Counted from the first letter of the stretch, positions 1-9,244 are shown. The stretch: 32,000 nucleotides of DNA from Psychrobacter sp. HD31 (GCF_051097895.1 NZ_CP142525.1:180001-212000); one strand, 5' to 3'. Translations and numbers: made by a program. The notes: generated by a model from the letters alone, not told the origin.

Positions 1-509
1 TAAGAGATGCAAATGGTATTGCTTTAGAAGATATAGACGACCCCAATATTCGGGTTCGTGCAAAATTACGCAGCTTGTGCATGCGAGCCGCTGAAGCAGC
101 AGCCATACGTATGCAAGTGATTAAAAAATTAGACAATACGACTTGCCCGTTGGTATTAATGGGAGATATGAATGACGTCACCATGAGTGTCACTACCCAA
201 TTAATGACCGAAACAGGGGAGGTTAACTATGATCGCAGCATGCGAGATACCGCCTTGTTTGATGCGGCTCGTATCCAAACAAGATATGGTTGGATGCATG
301 ATGTTGCTTACAGTCATATTCATCAGGGAATGCCAGAAGTCATTGATCAAATTTTTGTATCAGAAGAGTTTTTAATTGATAGTAAGTTTGCGGCTGGGTA
401 TGTTGAAAGAGTTGATTATTTTAATGATCATTTAAAGTGGGATTATAAAAATAGAGCAAGTGATCATGGCGTTGTTAGAGCCAAATTGGTTTTAAATAGT
501 TTAAATTAA
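1..509 (+). CDS. Endonuclease/exonuclease/phosphatase (EEP) family protein, 3' fragment (5' end lies outside the window)
   Basis: The frame is open from position 3 to the stop at 507-509. The listed start at 75 is a TTG, so the gene most likely begins upstream of the window. It has the GDxN-like motif LMGDMND and the C-terminal SDH motif (NRASDHGVVRAKL) typical of the EEP fold. Confidence 0.7.
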   Translation, partial: RDANGIALEDIDDPNIRVRAKLRSLCMRAAEAAAIRMQVIKKLDNTTCPLVLMGDMNDVTMSVTTQLMTETGEVNYDRSMRDTALFDAARIQTRYGWMHDVAYSHIHQGMPEVIDQIFVSEEFLIDSKFAAGYVERVDYFNDHLKWDYKNRASDHGVVRAKLVLNSLN

Positions 510-791
510 AAAAATAGTAAGCCATCTGGTGTTTTTTAGCTACTTTTGCAAGAAACACTATTGCAGTAATACTGCTAAAATTGGCGTTATCTTGCTAATA
601 CTCTGTGTTTAATTACTAAAATAAAATTACGATAGATAATAGTTACAATCCTGTTGTGTTAGTTGCAAATAGTGTCTAGTCAGGTAACGTAAAAGCTGTC
701 AAAATGTGTTTCATCAAAGTGATGGTGTTATGAAACAGCCTGCTTGATTAAATGATTAATAAACAATCCTAAAGATATAATGGAGATAACG

Positions 792-1454
792 ATGCAAGCC
801 AAAAAAACCATATCAGCGATTTTATCGGGTACATTGTTAATGGGTGTGCCTATGTATGCAACAATGACATCGGCAGTCGCTGCAACTACTGCGGCAGATA
901 ATTTGACGGCATCCAAGCGTTTAAATGCGTTATTAGTAAATACCAAAAGCATGACTGCAAACTTTAAACAAACTACAAAAGGCGGTAAACAAGCGTCTGG
1001 CAATTTTTCTGGCACTATGGCGGTACAACGCCCAAGCAAGTTCCGTTGGCAAACAACTAAACCATCAGATCAACTGGTTGTTACCAGTGGTAGTAAACTT
1101 TGGATTTATGATAAAGACCTAGAGCAAGCCACTTCTCAAAGTGTTAACAACCAAGTGGGTAATACCCCAGCATTATTGTTGTCTGGTGACCCTAGCAAAA
1201 TATCTAACAACTTTAAGATAGCCCAGCCGTATGGCGATAAAAACTACTATGTGTTAACACCTAAATCAAAAAGTGCGAACTTCCGTAACATGTCAATTAG
1301 TTTTAATGGTGGCAAGCCCGTTATGATGGTTTTAAATGACAACCTTGGTCAAACAACTACGATTAAATTTAATAATATTAAATTAAACCCCTCAATTAAT
1401 AGCAGCAAGTTTAAATTTACGCCGCCAAAAGGGGTGGATGTGATTCGCCAGTAA
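792..1454 (+). CDS. lolA: Outer-membrane lipoprotein carrier protein LolA
   Basis: It has a signal peptide (MQAKKTISAILSGTLLMGVPMYATMTSAVA). The conserved LolA core is present: FKQT..G...SGNFSG...QRPSKFRWQT..P..QLVV..GSKLWIYDKDLEQ. A GGAGA Shine-Dalgarno at 782-786 favours the ATG at 792 over the ATG at 780. Confidence 0.9.
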   Translation: MQAKKTISAILSGTLLMGVPMYATMTSAVAATTAADNLTASKRLNALLVNTKSMTANFKQTTKGGKQASGNFSGTMAVQRPSKFRWQTTKPSDQLVVTSGSKLWIYDKDLEQATSQSVNNQVGNTPALLLSGDPSKISNNFKIAQPYGDKNYYVLTPKSKSANFRNMSISFNGGKPVMMVLNDNLGQTTTIKFNNIKLNPSINSSKFKFTPPKGVDVIRQ

Positions 1455-1480
1455 TCTCACTAAAGATTGCTTGTAAAAAA

Positions 1481-1510
1481 GCCACCAAATATTCTTTGGT
1501 GGCTTTTTTT
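1481..1510 (+). terminator. Rho-independent terminator after lolA
   Basis: The stem GCCACCAAA (1481-1489) pairs with TTTGGTGGC (1495-1503). A T7 run follows at 1504-1510. Confidence 0.75.
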
Positions 1511-1645
1511 GACATATAAAACCAACTAATTTTTAGATAATTGATACAAAAAGTGAGTGATAAGCTGCGTTTTTGTATTAAAGTATGACAGAATATAAAT
1601 AAAGAGATTGTTTAAAACTTATAAGCTATAAAAGTGAGATGTAAC

Positions 1646-2344
1646 ATGAGTGACTTATTAAACTGCGTTATCGTAGAGCATAACCCGAGCAAGCAACCAA
1701 TCGACAAAGCGGTAATTTGGCTGCATGGCTTGGGTGCCAGTGGGCATGATTTTGAGCCTATTGTACCAGTATTGGGTTTAAGTGATGAGTTAGCGGTGCG
1801 TTTTGTTTTTCCACATGCGCCGCAAATTCCGGTTACCATTAATGGTGGCTATGTGATGCCTGCTTGGTATGACATTTTAGAAATGAGCCTTGAGCGTAAA
1901 GTCGATGTTGCACAAATTGAGGCATCAGCTCAACAAATTAGAGATTTAATTGCTGATCAGGTTAAGCAAGGTGTTGCTGAAGAAAACATCGTGATTGCTG
2001 GTTTTTCACAGGGTGGTGCCGTGGCTTACCATACAGCGCTTAGCTATCCGAAAAAGTTGGCAGGGTTGATGACACTCTCTACTTATTTAGCAACAGAAAC
2101 ACAAATCGACTACAGTGAGGCTAATCAAAATATTCCTGTAAAAATTGACCATGGTAGCCACGACCCTGTTGTGCCTGAGGTTCTTGGCGAGCGAGCAAAT
2201 CAATCATTACAAGCAAAAGGTTATCATGTTGATTACAGCACCTATCCTATGGCACACCAAGTATGCCCACCACAAATAAAGTCAATAGGGGCGTGGTTAA
2301 ATAAAGTGTTGGGTGATGATTTTTTAGGACTTTCAGTTGGGTAA
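1646..2344 (+). CDS. Carboxylesterase / phospholipase family alpha/beta hydrolase (carboxylesterase II-like)
   Basis: From memory it is collinear with Pseudomonas fluorescens carboxylesterase II: VIWLHGLGASGHDF, PVTINGGYVMPAWYDI, the nucleophile elbow GFSQGGAV, and a C-terminal YPMAHQV...IGAWL. The ORF-track start at 1634 is a GTG. The ATG at 1646 (MSDLL) is more likely. Confidence 0.85.
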   Translation: MSDLLNCVIVEHNPSKQPIDKAVIWLHGLGASGHDFEPIVPVLGLSDELAVRFVFPHAPQIPVTINGGYVMPAWYDILEMSLERKVDVAQIEASAQQIRDLIADQVKQGVAEENIVIAGFSQGGAVAYHTALSYPKKLAGLMTLSTYLATETQIDYSEANQNIPVKIDHGSHDPVVPEVLGERANQSLQAKGYHVDYSTYPMAHQVCPPQIKSIGAWLNKVLGDDFLGLSVG

Positions 2345-2352
2345 ATCCACGC

Positions 2353-2793
2353 ATGACGAAGAGCATTCAATTAGTTTGTGGTTTGGTATTAATCCTACTT
2401 GCTGGAACATTTTTTTATAAACCCTACATGAACTTTTCTGCTTTTTTAAGAGCAAAGTGTTTTTTAACTAATACCTGTGTGATGGATTTATCTGATTATA
2501 AAAAACACTATGATTGGGATGAGTTTTGTTTACAACACCGCAGAGGAGTATTTGCCAGTCAAGTAGCAAAAGTGAAGTGTGATTTTTGCTATTTAATCTC
2601 TTTAAAAGATGATAACGATAATGTGTTGGTTAAAGATTTTGTTAGAATTAATGTGGCAGATGAACTTTTTGATACCAATATAGAGAGTAAGAATACTTGT
2701 TACAGCAGAGATGACACCACCATCTTTGTGGATAAATATTCTCGGTTTAGTATTTTAAAATATCACGTTAATTTCCATGAGGATAACCAGTAA
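2353..2793 (+). CDS. Hypothetical small Cys-rich protein with an N-terminal membrane anchor (orphan)
   Basis: It is a 146-aa ORF starting 9 nt after the esterase stop. There is an N-terminal hydrophobic segment (IQLVCGLVLILLAGTFFY). Six further Cys lie at positions 36, 42, 59, 76, 79 and 116. I recognise no family. The gene is AT-rich, roughly 30% GC on two hand-counted 60-nt lines. Confidence 0.5.
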   Translation: MTKSIQLVCGLVLILLAGTFFYKPYMNFSAFLRAKCFLTNTCVMDLSDYKKHYDWDEFCLQHRRGVFASQVAKVKCDFCYLISLKDDNDNVLVKDFVRINVADELFDTNIESKNTCYSRDDTTIFVDKYSRFSILKYHVNFHEDNQ

Positions 2794-2913
2794 AAGTTAC
2801 ACAGCTAAAACAATATTTTGCTTAATTGGCTAAACACACGTAAAATACACCTACACCATACAAAAACATTGTGAAATGTTTCCATCTTAATCCGAATCTT
2901 GGAGTCTTATTAA

Positions 2914-3777
2914 ATGAGTACCACAACAACCGCACCCAGCGAAAAACTACAAAAAGCCCTTGCCCGTTTAGGTTTTGGCTCACGCCGCCAAATGGAAGAA
3001 GTAATTAAATCTGGTCGTATCTCAGTTAATGGCGAGACCGCCACCATTGGTGATCGTGTTTCTCAAGGTGATGAGATTCGTATCGATGGCCGAGCAATAC
3101 GCTACACGTCAGAAAAAGAAAAACGCCGCCGTGTGCTTGCTTATTATAAACCAGAAGGTGAGATTTGTTCGGCACATGATCCAGAGGGTCGACCAACTGT
3201 TTTTGAGCGTTTACCAAAACTTACTAATGACCGCTGGGTAATGGTAGGACGCTTGGATATTAACTCTACAGGTTTGTTATTGTTTACTAATGATGGTGAG
3301 CTTGCTCATCGTTTGATGCATCCTTCTAACGAGATTGTGCGTGAATATGCTGTGCGTGTACTGGGTGAAGTAACGCCAGAAATAGCTCGAAACTTAACCC
3401 AAGGTGTGATGCTAGATGACGGTATGGCAAGCTTTGATGACATTAAAGAAGGCGGTGGCGAAGGCGTTAATAAATGGTATCACGTTAAACTAAAAGAGGG
3501 ACGTAACCGCGAAGTGCGTCGTTTGTTTGAAACGCAAGGTTTGAGAGTGAGTCGTTTATTACGTACGCGTTATGGCACGGTTAACTTGCCAAAAGAATTA
3601 CGCACAGGACGATTTATTGAATTAGAAAAAAATGAAATTAGCAAGTTAATTGATCCAGTAGGTTTACGTCCTCGCTATAGTGGTCAAGGTTTGCATGGCA
3701 GTGCGAAACGTAAACAAGAACGTTTCCAGAAAAAACCGATGAAGGCAAGAAAAGGTAAAAACTTGCGTCGTCGTTAA
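2914..3777 (+). CDS. rluB: 23S rRNA pseudouridine synthase RluB
   Basis: An N-terminal S4 domain is present (KLQKALARLGFGSRRQMEEVIKSGRISVNG). The RsuA/RluB catalytic motif VGRLDINSTGLLLFTNDGELAHRL is present. The basic Lys/Arg C-terminal tail is typical of RluB. Confidence 0.9.
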   Translation: MSTTTTAPSEKLQKALARLGFGSRRQMEEVIKSGRISVNGETATIGDRVSQGDEIRIDGRAIRYTSEKEKRRRVLAYYKPEGEICSAHDPEGRPTVFERLPKLTNDRWVMVGRLDINSTGLLLFTNDGELAHRLMHPSNEIVREYAVRVLGEVTPEIARNLTQGVMLDDGMASFDDIKEGGGEGVNKWYHVKLKEGRNREVRRLFETQGLRVSRLLRTRYGTVNLPKELRTGRFIELEKNEISKLIDPVGLRPRYSGQGLHGSAKRKQERFQKKPMKARKGKNLRRR

Positions 3778-3801
3778 AAGTTAATTTGAGAGTTCATGAC
3801 G

Positions 3802-3834
3802 AAAAAAGGATTAGAAAACTTCTAATCCTTTTTT
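3802..3834. terminator. Bidirectional Rho-independent terminator between convergent rluB and the LysR gene
   Basis: GGATTAGAA (3808-3816) pairs with TTCTAATCC (3820-3828) around a 3-nt loop. An A6 run (3802-3807) and a T6 run (3829-3834) flank the stem, so it can work on both strands. Confidence 0.8.
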
Positions 3835-3866
3835 ATTTATATATGTATCTGCTAATGCGATTAGTT

Positions 3867-4757
3867 TTAAGACCTATCAAAGTTAGAGTCAATTGGCTTT
3901 AATAAATCCATTAATGCTTCTACACTGGCAGAAGGTGTTAAGCTTGGATTAACAACCACGCCAAGATGGCGTTGTAACTCGATATCTTTTTGTAAGTCAA
4001 TCGGTTCAAGATCTTGGTTAATTAAAGTTTTAGGCAAAACAGACCAGCCCAAACCAACCGATACCAGCATGCGTATAGATTCTAGCGGGTTTGTGCTCAT
4101 TGTGGCATAAGGCTTTAAGTTATGTTTTGCAAACTCTGATAACGTAATTTGGCTTGTGAAAGTGTTTGCTGCTGGCAAGATAGCAGGTGAGTTTGCTAAT
4201 TCTTCAAGAGTCACATTGATTTTATTTGCTAAGGGTGAGAGTGTACCCGTAACAAAATATAAAGGATCAGACCAAAGGGTATGATAACGTAGGCGTTTGT
4301 CGTAAACAGGTGGTAATGTTAAAAATGCCATGGATACATCGCCATCGAGCACCGCTTTATGCGCCTCTTCAGAATCTACAAAATTAACCTCAATTTGTAC
4401 GGCAGGATACATTTGAATAAACTGTTTTAACACTGCAGGCAAGTGATGCAACCCTATATGGTGGCTAGTTCCGATTACCAACTTACCAGAAACCGTTTGT
4501 TGTGAGTTTTTTAAGTTAATTTTAAAATTGTCATAGTTATCTAACCATTGTTTGGCATGAGGCAATAAATCGTTAGCAGATTGAGTGGGGACAATACCAC
4601 GCCCAACCGTATCAAAAAGAGTGACATCAAACTCATCTTCAAGGTTTTTAATACGCTTACTAACAGCTGGCTGAGTAATGAATAGCTTTTCTGCCGCAGC
4701 AGAGATGCTACCAGTTTGCATAACAGTAATAAAGGTTGTTAAATTTGTGGTATTCAC
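3867..4757 (-). CDS. LysR-family transcriptional regulator, divergent from leuC
   Basis: The N-terminal wHTH is LTTFITVMQTGSISAAAEKLFITQPAVSKRIKNLEDEF, followed by a LysR substrate-binding domain. The track ORF starts at a TTG at 4826. The GTG at 4757 has an AAGGA Shine-Dalgarno 8 nt upstream (4770-4766) and gives a normal LysR N-terminus. Confidence 0.85.
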   Translation of the reverse strand: MNTTNLTTFITVMQTGSISAAAEKLFITQPAVSKRIKNLEDEFDVTLFDTVGRGIVPTQSANDLLPHAKQWLDNYDNFKINLKNSQQTVSGKLVIGTSHHIGLHHLPAVLKQFIQMYPAVQIEVNFVDSEEAHKAVLDGDVSMAFLTLPPVYDKRLRYHTLWSDPLYFVTGTLSPLANKINVTLEELANSPAILPAANTFTSQITLSEFAKHNLKPYATMSTNPLESIRMLVSVGLGWSVLPKTLINQDLEPIDLQKDIELQRHLGVVVNPSLTPSASVEALMDLLKPIDSNFDRS

Positions 4758-4850
4758 GAGAATATCCTTAGGTCTATTTAAGCCTGTAATGGTATGATAG
4801 CTATCTATTGGGTCTATACAAACCAATGGTTAAAAATTAACAAAAAGTTT

Positions 4851-4869
4851 ATGATTTCATAAAAATCAT
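4851..4869. promoter_or_regulatory. Candidate LysR-type operator dyad in the LysR/leuC divergent region
   Basis: A perfect dyad, ATGATTT-CATAA-AAATCAT, is compatible with the T-N11-A architecture of LysR boxes. It lies about 90 nt from the regulator start and about 170 nt from the leuC start. This rests on sequence pattern only. Confidence 0.3.
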
Positions 4870-5041
4870 CAATTATTATTATATGATGATACTGTTATAA
4901 TCACAAGTATTCACTGAACAAGATTAAGGATAATCTCAGTACCCACCATTCATTATATTTTTTATTTATCTATTGCATTTAATAATTGCGTGTTGGATAG
5001 CGCAAAATACAATTGATAAATTGACAGATTAAGGAACGACA

Positions 5042-6496
5042 ATGGCAGGCAACAACACTGACAAAAACATGGTTAAAAGCCAAGCAAAAACATTGTATGA
5101 CAAGCTTTGGGATGATCATCTAGTGAGTCAACGAGATGATGGTTCTAGCTTGATTTATATTGACAGACACATTTTGCATGAGGTGACAAGTCCTCAAGCT
5201 TTTGAAGGCTTAAGCTTAGCAAATCGTCTGCCTTGGCGGTTATCTGCAAATATTGCGACACCTGATCATAATGTGCCGACAACCACAAAAGAGCGTAGTG
5301 AAGGCGTCTCAGGTATTAAAGATGACGTCTCTCGTTTGCAAGTAACCACGCTTGATGATAACTGTGACAAATTTAACATTAAAGAGTTTACTATTAATGA
5401 TGTTCGTCAGGGCATTGTCCATGTGGTTGGTCCTGAACAGGGCTTGGTATTACCGGGTATGACCGTTGTTTGTGGTGACTCACATACCGCCACACATGGT
5501 GCGTTGGGTTGTTTGGCACACGGAATCGGTACGTCTGAAGTTGAGCATGTTTTGGCAACTCAGTGTTTGGTGCAAGCCAAAATGAAAAATATGTTAATTA
5601 AAGTCAATGGCACACTTGGTCAGGGCATTACACCAAAAGATGTGGTGTTGGCAATCATTGCTAAAATTGGCACCGCAGGTGGTACCGCTCATGCCATCGA
5701 GTTTGCAGGGCAAGTGTTTGAAGACATGAGTATGGAAGGTCGTATGACCGTGTGTAACATGGCGATTGAAGCCGGTGCACGCGTCGGTATGGTAGCGGTT
5801 GACCAGACCACCATTGACTATGTAAAAGGTCGCCCTTATGCTCCGACTGGAGAAGCTTGGGACAAAGCCGTTGACTATTGGCAAACTTTGCATTCAGATG
5901 AAGGTGCGGTGTTTGATACTGTTATTGAAATGGAAGGCAGTGAGATTGCGCCTCAGGTTTCTTGGGGAACGTCTCCAGAGATGGTCGTGGATATTACTCA
6001 AAATGTCCCAACACCAGAACAAGCCAGAGATGATGTACAAGCCAACGCATGGCAACGTGCTTATGAATATATGGGACTCACAGCAGGGCAACCAGTGACT
6101 GAAATCCCGGTTGATAGAGTGTTTATCGGTTCTTGTACGAATTCTCGTATCGAAGATATGCGAGACGCTGCATCGGTAATCAAAGGGCGTAAAGTGGCAG
6201 AAAGTGTGAAGGAAGCCATTGTGGTGGCAGGTTCTGGTGTTGTTAAAAAGCAAGCAGAAGAAGAAGGCTTGGACAAAATATTTGTCGAAGCAGGCTTTGA
6301 ATGGCGTGAACCTGGCTGTTCAATGTGTTTGGCGATGAATGCCGATAAATTGCAACCAAAAGAACATTGTGCCAGTACCTCCAATCGTAACTTTGAAGGT
6401 CGCCAAGGGAATGGGGGACGTACCCACTTGGTTAGCCCAGCAATGGCTGCCGTGGCGGCATTAGCAGGTCATTTTGTGGATGTTCGTGAATTTTGA
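5042..6496 (+). CDS. leuC: 3-isopropylmalate dehydratase large subunit
   Basis: It belongs to the aconitase family. Motifs include [16 protein letters not shown], and the Fe-S cluster cysteines in [10 protein letters not shown] and [10 protein letters not shown], plus [12 protein letters not shown]. An AAGGAA Shine-Dalgarno precedes the ATG. Confidence 0.97.
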   Translation: MAGNNTDKNMVKSQAKTLYDKLWDDHLVSQRDDGSSLIYIDRHILHEVTSPQAFEGLSLANRLPWRLSANIATPDHNVPTTTKERSEGVSGIKDDVSRLQVTTLDDNCDKFNIKEFTINDVRQGIVHVVGPEQGLVLPGMTVVCGDSHTATHGALGCLAHGIGTSEVEHVLATQCLVQAKMKNMLIKVNGTLGQGITPKDVVLAIIAKIGTAGGTAHAIEFAGQVFEDMSMEGRMTVCNMAIEAGARVGMVAVDQTTIDYVKGRPYAPTGEAWDKAVDYWQTLHSDEGAVFDTVIEMEGSEIAPQVSWGTSPEMVVDITQNVPTPEQARDDVQANAWQRAYEYMGLTAGQPVTEIPVDRVFIGSCTNSRIEDMRDAASVIKGRKVAESVKEAIVVAGSGVVKKQAEEEGLDKIFVEAGFEWREPGCSMCLAMNADKLQPKEHCASTSNRNFEGRQGNGGRTHLVSPAMAAVAALAGHFVDVREF

Positions 6497-6569
6497 TGTG
6501 TTGATATTTCTTCTTTAATATTTTTATCAGATAATACGAATTTGTATTGAATAAATGAAAGGCTATTTT

Positions 6570-7253
6570 ATGAAAATAATATTAACTATCATAAACTTTG
6601 TTTTCTTGAGTATCTTAGTTACAAGTTGTCAACATAGTAATACAATAAAACCATCAGTATCGAAAATATCTCATCAACCAGAAGTGATTGATAAAAGTTG
6701 TCGAGATGGTAATGCAAAGCTCTATGATGAATGTAATAATCAAATTCAAATTTTACAAAAAGCAGTTCAACAAGCTAGTAATGAAAATAAAAATGTGATA
6801 GTTGTATATGGTGGTGAATGGTGTATTTGGTGTCATGTATTAGATAAATATTTTCATGGGCAATTTCGTACTTTTGATTATAAATGGCGTGATAGCAGTG
6901 GAGACATATTTGAATGGCTAATGAATGAAACAGTAACACAAACAGAAATTGATGATGCTATAGCATTGAACCAATTTGTTGCAGATAATTTTGTTGTTGC
7001 CCATATTGAATCAGAATATACAAATGGAAGAGATGCTATTGACTCTACAGGTTTTGATTCTAGTAACATATATTATTACCCTTATATTTTTGTTTTAAAT
7101 GAGCAAGGTCAATATGTGAGTTCAATGCCGTCTACAGATGCTATAGAAAATTTTGAGATTCGAGAAAGTGGTGGTGAAGAGTATCGTGGTTATAATCGAA
7201 AAATACTCTTAGAACAATTGAAAAAACTAAAAATTGATACTAATAACGAATAG
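6570..7253 (+). CDS. Thioredoxin-fold lipoprotein (CxxC), function unknown, inserted between leuC and leuD
   Basis: It has a lipoprotein signal peptide with the lipobox LVTS|C (MKIILTIINFVFLSILVTSC). A thioredoxin-like active site is present (VVYGGEWCIWCHVLDKYF). A downstream cis-Pro-type strand is present (YYYPYIFVLNEQG). The ATG at 6570 has a better Shine-Dalgarno (GAAAGG) than the ATG at 6555. The gene is very AT-rich. Confidence 0.6.
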   Translation: MKIILTIINFVFLSILVTSCQHSNTIKPSVSKISHQPEVIDKSCRDGNAKLYDECNNQIQILQKAVQQASNENKNVIVVYGGEWCIWCHVLDKYFHGQFRTFDYKWRDSSGDIFEWLMNETVTQTEIDDAIALNQFVADNFVVAHIESEYTNGRDAIDSTGFDSSNIYYYPYIFVLNEQGQYVSSMPSTDAIENFEIRESGGEEYRGYNRKILLEQLKKLKIDTNNE

Positions 7254-7266
7254 CGAAAATAAGTTT

Positions 7267-7292
7267 ATGAATGAAATCATTATTTCATTCAT
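7267..7292 (+). other. Perfect 11-bp hairpin immediately after the inserted gene
   Basis: ATGAATGAAAT (7267-7277) pairs with ATTTCATTCAT (7282-7292) around the loop CATT. No U-tract follows, so it is not a classic terminator. It may be an mRNA-stabilising or processing hairpin. Confidence 0.35.
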
Positions 7293-7356
7293 GTGATTTA
7301 TGAAAAAGAAGCATTAATTATTAAGTAGGTTTAAATAAAATGTAAGAGGAAACAAC

Positions 7357-8004
7357 ATGAAACCATATACCACACAACAAGGCTTGGTCTGCCCATTAGA
7401 CCGCTCAAACGTGGATACCGACTTGATTATCCCAAAACAGTTTTTAAAATCAATCAAACGCACAGGCTTTGGTGTCAACTTATTTGATGAGCTAAGATAC
7501 TTAGACGAAGGCTATCCTGGGCAAGACAATAGCAAACGCCCAATTAACGAAGACTTTGTATTAAACCAACCACAATATCAGGGTGCAACGGTATTACTTG
7601 CTCGCAAAAATTTTGGTTGTGGTTCTAGCCGTGAACATGCCCCTTGGGCATTAGAAGAGTATGGCTTTCGTACAGTTATCGCCCCAAGTTTTGCTGATAT
7701 TTTTTATAACAACTGTTTTAAAAATGGTATGTTGCCAGTGGTTTTGAGTGAAGCGGAAATAGGTGAACTTTTTGACGACTGTTTTGCCAATGAAGGGTAT
7801 CAGCTAACCGTTGACCTTGAAACGCAAACAGTGATTAGCCCAACTGGAAAAGAATACAGTTTTGAAGTTGACGCATTTCGTAAACATTGCTTATTAAACG
7901 GTTTGGATGACATCGGTTTAACCTTGCAACAGCAAGACGACATCAAAGCTTTTGAAGAAAAAGCGAAAGCCAGCCGACCTTGGGTGTTTAATGAGATAGT
8001 ATAA
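7357..8004 (+). CDS. leuD: 3-isopropylmalate dehydratase small subunit
   Basis: It has the LeuD swivel domain, with [12 protein letters not shown] and [15 protein letters not shown]. An AGAGGAAA Shine-Dalgarno is present. Confidence 0.95.
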   Translation: MKPYTTQQGLVCPLDRSNVDTDLIIPKQFLKSIKRTGFGVNLFDELRYLDEGYPGQDNSKRPINEDFVLNQPQYQGATVLLARKNFGCGSSREHAPWALEEYGFRTVIAPSFADIFYNNCFKNGMLPVVLSEAEIGELFDDCFANEGYQLTVDLETQTVISPTGKEYSFEVDAFRKHCLLNGLDDIGLTLQQQDDIKAFEEKAKASRPWVFNEIV

Positions 8005-8073
8005 ATTGCCAAATGGTGATGATTAGATAACAACATACATAATTAGTTAAAAGGTATAAAGAAAGGACAAACT

Positions 8074-9171
8074 ATGAAAGTTTTAACGCTGGCAGGTGAT
8101 GGCATTGGACCTGAAATTATGACGCAAGCAGTTGCGGTATTAAACAAAGTCAATGAAACGTTTGCATTAGGTCTGGAACTAGAAGAAGGTTTGATTGGTG
8201 GTGCTGCCATTGATGAGCATGGCGAACCTTTACCAGAAGTGACGCTAAAAAAAGCACAAGTTGCCGATGCCGTTTTGTTGGGTGCGGTTGGTGGTTACAA
8301 GTGGGATAACATCGAGCGTAGTATCCGCCCAGAAAGAGGGCTGTTAAAAATTCGTAGTGAGCTAAATTTATTTGCTAACTTGAGAGTAGCAAAACTTTAT
8401 CCTCAGCTTATTAATGCCTCAACCATCAAGCCTGAGGTTATCAAAGGCTTGGACTTGCTGATTGTGCGTGAATTGACAGGCGGTATCTACTTTGGTGCAC
8501 CTCGTGGTATTGAAACCTTGGAAAATGGTGAACAACATGGCTTTAACACCATGACTTACAAAACCCATGAAATTGAACGCATTGGTAAAGTTGCCTTTGA
8601 AATGGCAAAAACCCGTGCTCAAGCATCTGGCAAACCAGCCAAAGTTTGCTCAGTTGATAAAGCCAATGTGTTAGAAGTGACCGAACTTTGGAAACAAACC
8701 ATCATTGATATGCAACAAGCAGATTATCAAGATGTTGAGTTAAGCCACATGTATGCTGATAATGCGTGTATGCAATTAATTAAAGACCCTCGCCAGTTTG
8801 ACGTTATGGTAACGGGTAACATGTTTGGTGATATTTTGTCTGATGAAGCGGCAATGCTCACTGGCTCTATTGGTATGTTACCATCAGCAAGCCTTGATGA
8901 AAATGGTAAAGGTATGTACGAGCCTTGCCACGGCTCTGCTCCAGATATTGCAGGTCAAGATAAAGCCAACCCATTGGCAACCATTTTATCTGTGGCGATG
9001 ATGCTCCGTTATACCTTTAAGCAAGAATCCGCTGCTCAAGCAATCGAACAAGCAGTAAGTGATGTGTTGGATGACGGTTTGCGTACCGGTGATATTATGG
9101 ATAATTCAGAAGAAGGGCTAACCGTTGTTGGTTGTCAGCAAATGGGTGAGGCAGTTTTGGCTAAGCTTTAA
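8074..9171 (+). CDS. leuB: 3-isopropylmalate dehydrogenase
   Basis: Motifs: [10 protein letters not shown] at the N-terminus, [14 protein letters not shown], and the isocitrate/isopropylmalate dehydrogenase signature [26 protein letters not shown]. Confidence 0.97.
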   Translation: MKVLTLAGDGIGPEIMTQAVAVLNKVNETFALGLELEEGLIGGAAIDEHGEPLPEVTLKKAQVADAVLLGAVGGYKWDNIERSIRPERGLLKIRSELNLFANLRVAKLYPQLINASTIKPEVIKGLDLLIVRELTGGIYFGAPRGIETLENGEQHGFNTMTYKTHEIERIGKVAFEMAKTRAQASGKPAKVCSVDKANVLEVTELWKQTIIDMQQADYQDVELSHMYADNACMQLIKDPRQFDVMVTGNMFGDILSDEAAMLTGSIGMLPSASLDENGKGMYEPCHGSAPDIAGQDKANPLATILSVAMMLRYTFKQESAAQAIEQAVSDVLDDGLRTGDIMDNSEEGLTVVGCQQMGEAVLAKL

Positions 9172-9213
9172 TCTTAAATTTTTGTAGCTTGAACTTCTGA
9201 ATATCTACATACC

Positions 9214-9244
9214 AAAAACCAGCTTTAAATGAGCTGGTTTTTTT
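9214..9244 (+). terminator. Rho-independent terminator after leuB
   Basis: AAAAACCAGCT (9214-9224) pairs with AGCTGGTTTTT (9232-9242). The T-run continues to 9244. Confidence 0.8.

Noticed and set aside
728-1039. A 103-aa minus-strand ORF overlapping the lolA start.
   Set aside because: It overlaps a confidently identified conserved gene. It has no recognisable family and no ribosome-binding site.
2727-2735. A perfect DnaA box (TGTGGATAA, the reverse complement of TTATCCACA).
   Set aside because: It is a single isolated box inside a coding region. I found no cluster of boxes or AT-rich unwinding element nearby. One chance 9-mer match in 32 kb over two strands is not surprising, so I do not call an oriC.
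5594-6384. Several 86-119-aa ORFs inside leuC, on both strands.
   Set aside because: They are fully embedded in a highly conserved aconitase-family gene. They are typical shadow ORFs.
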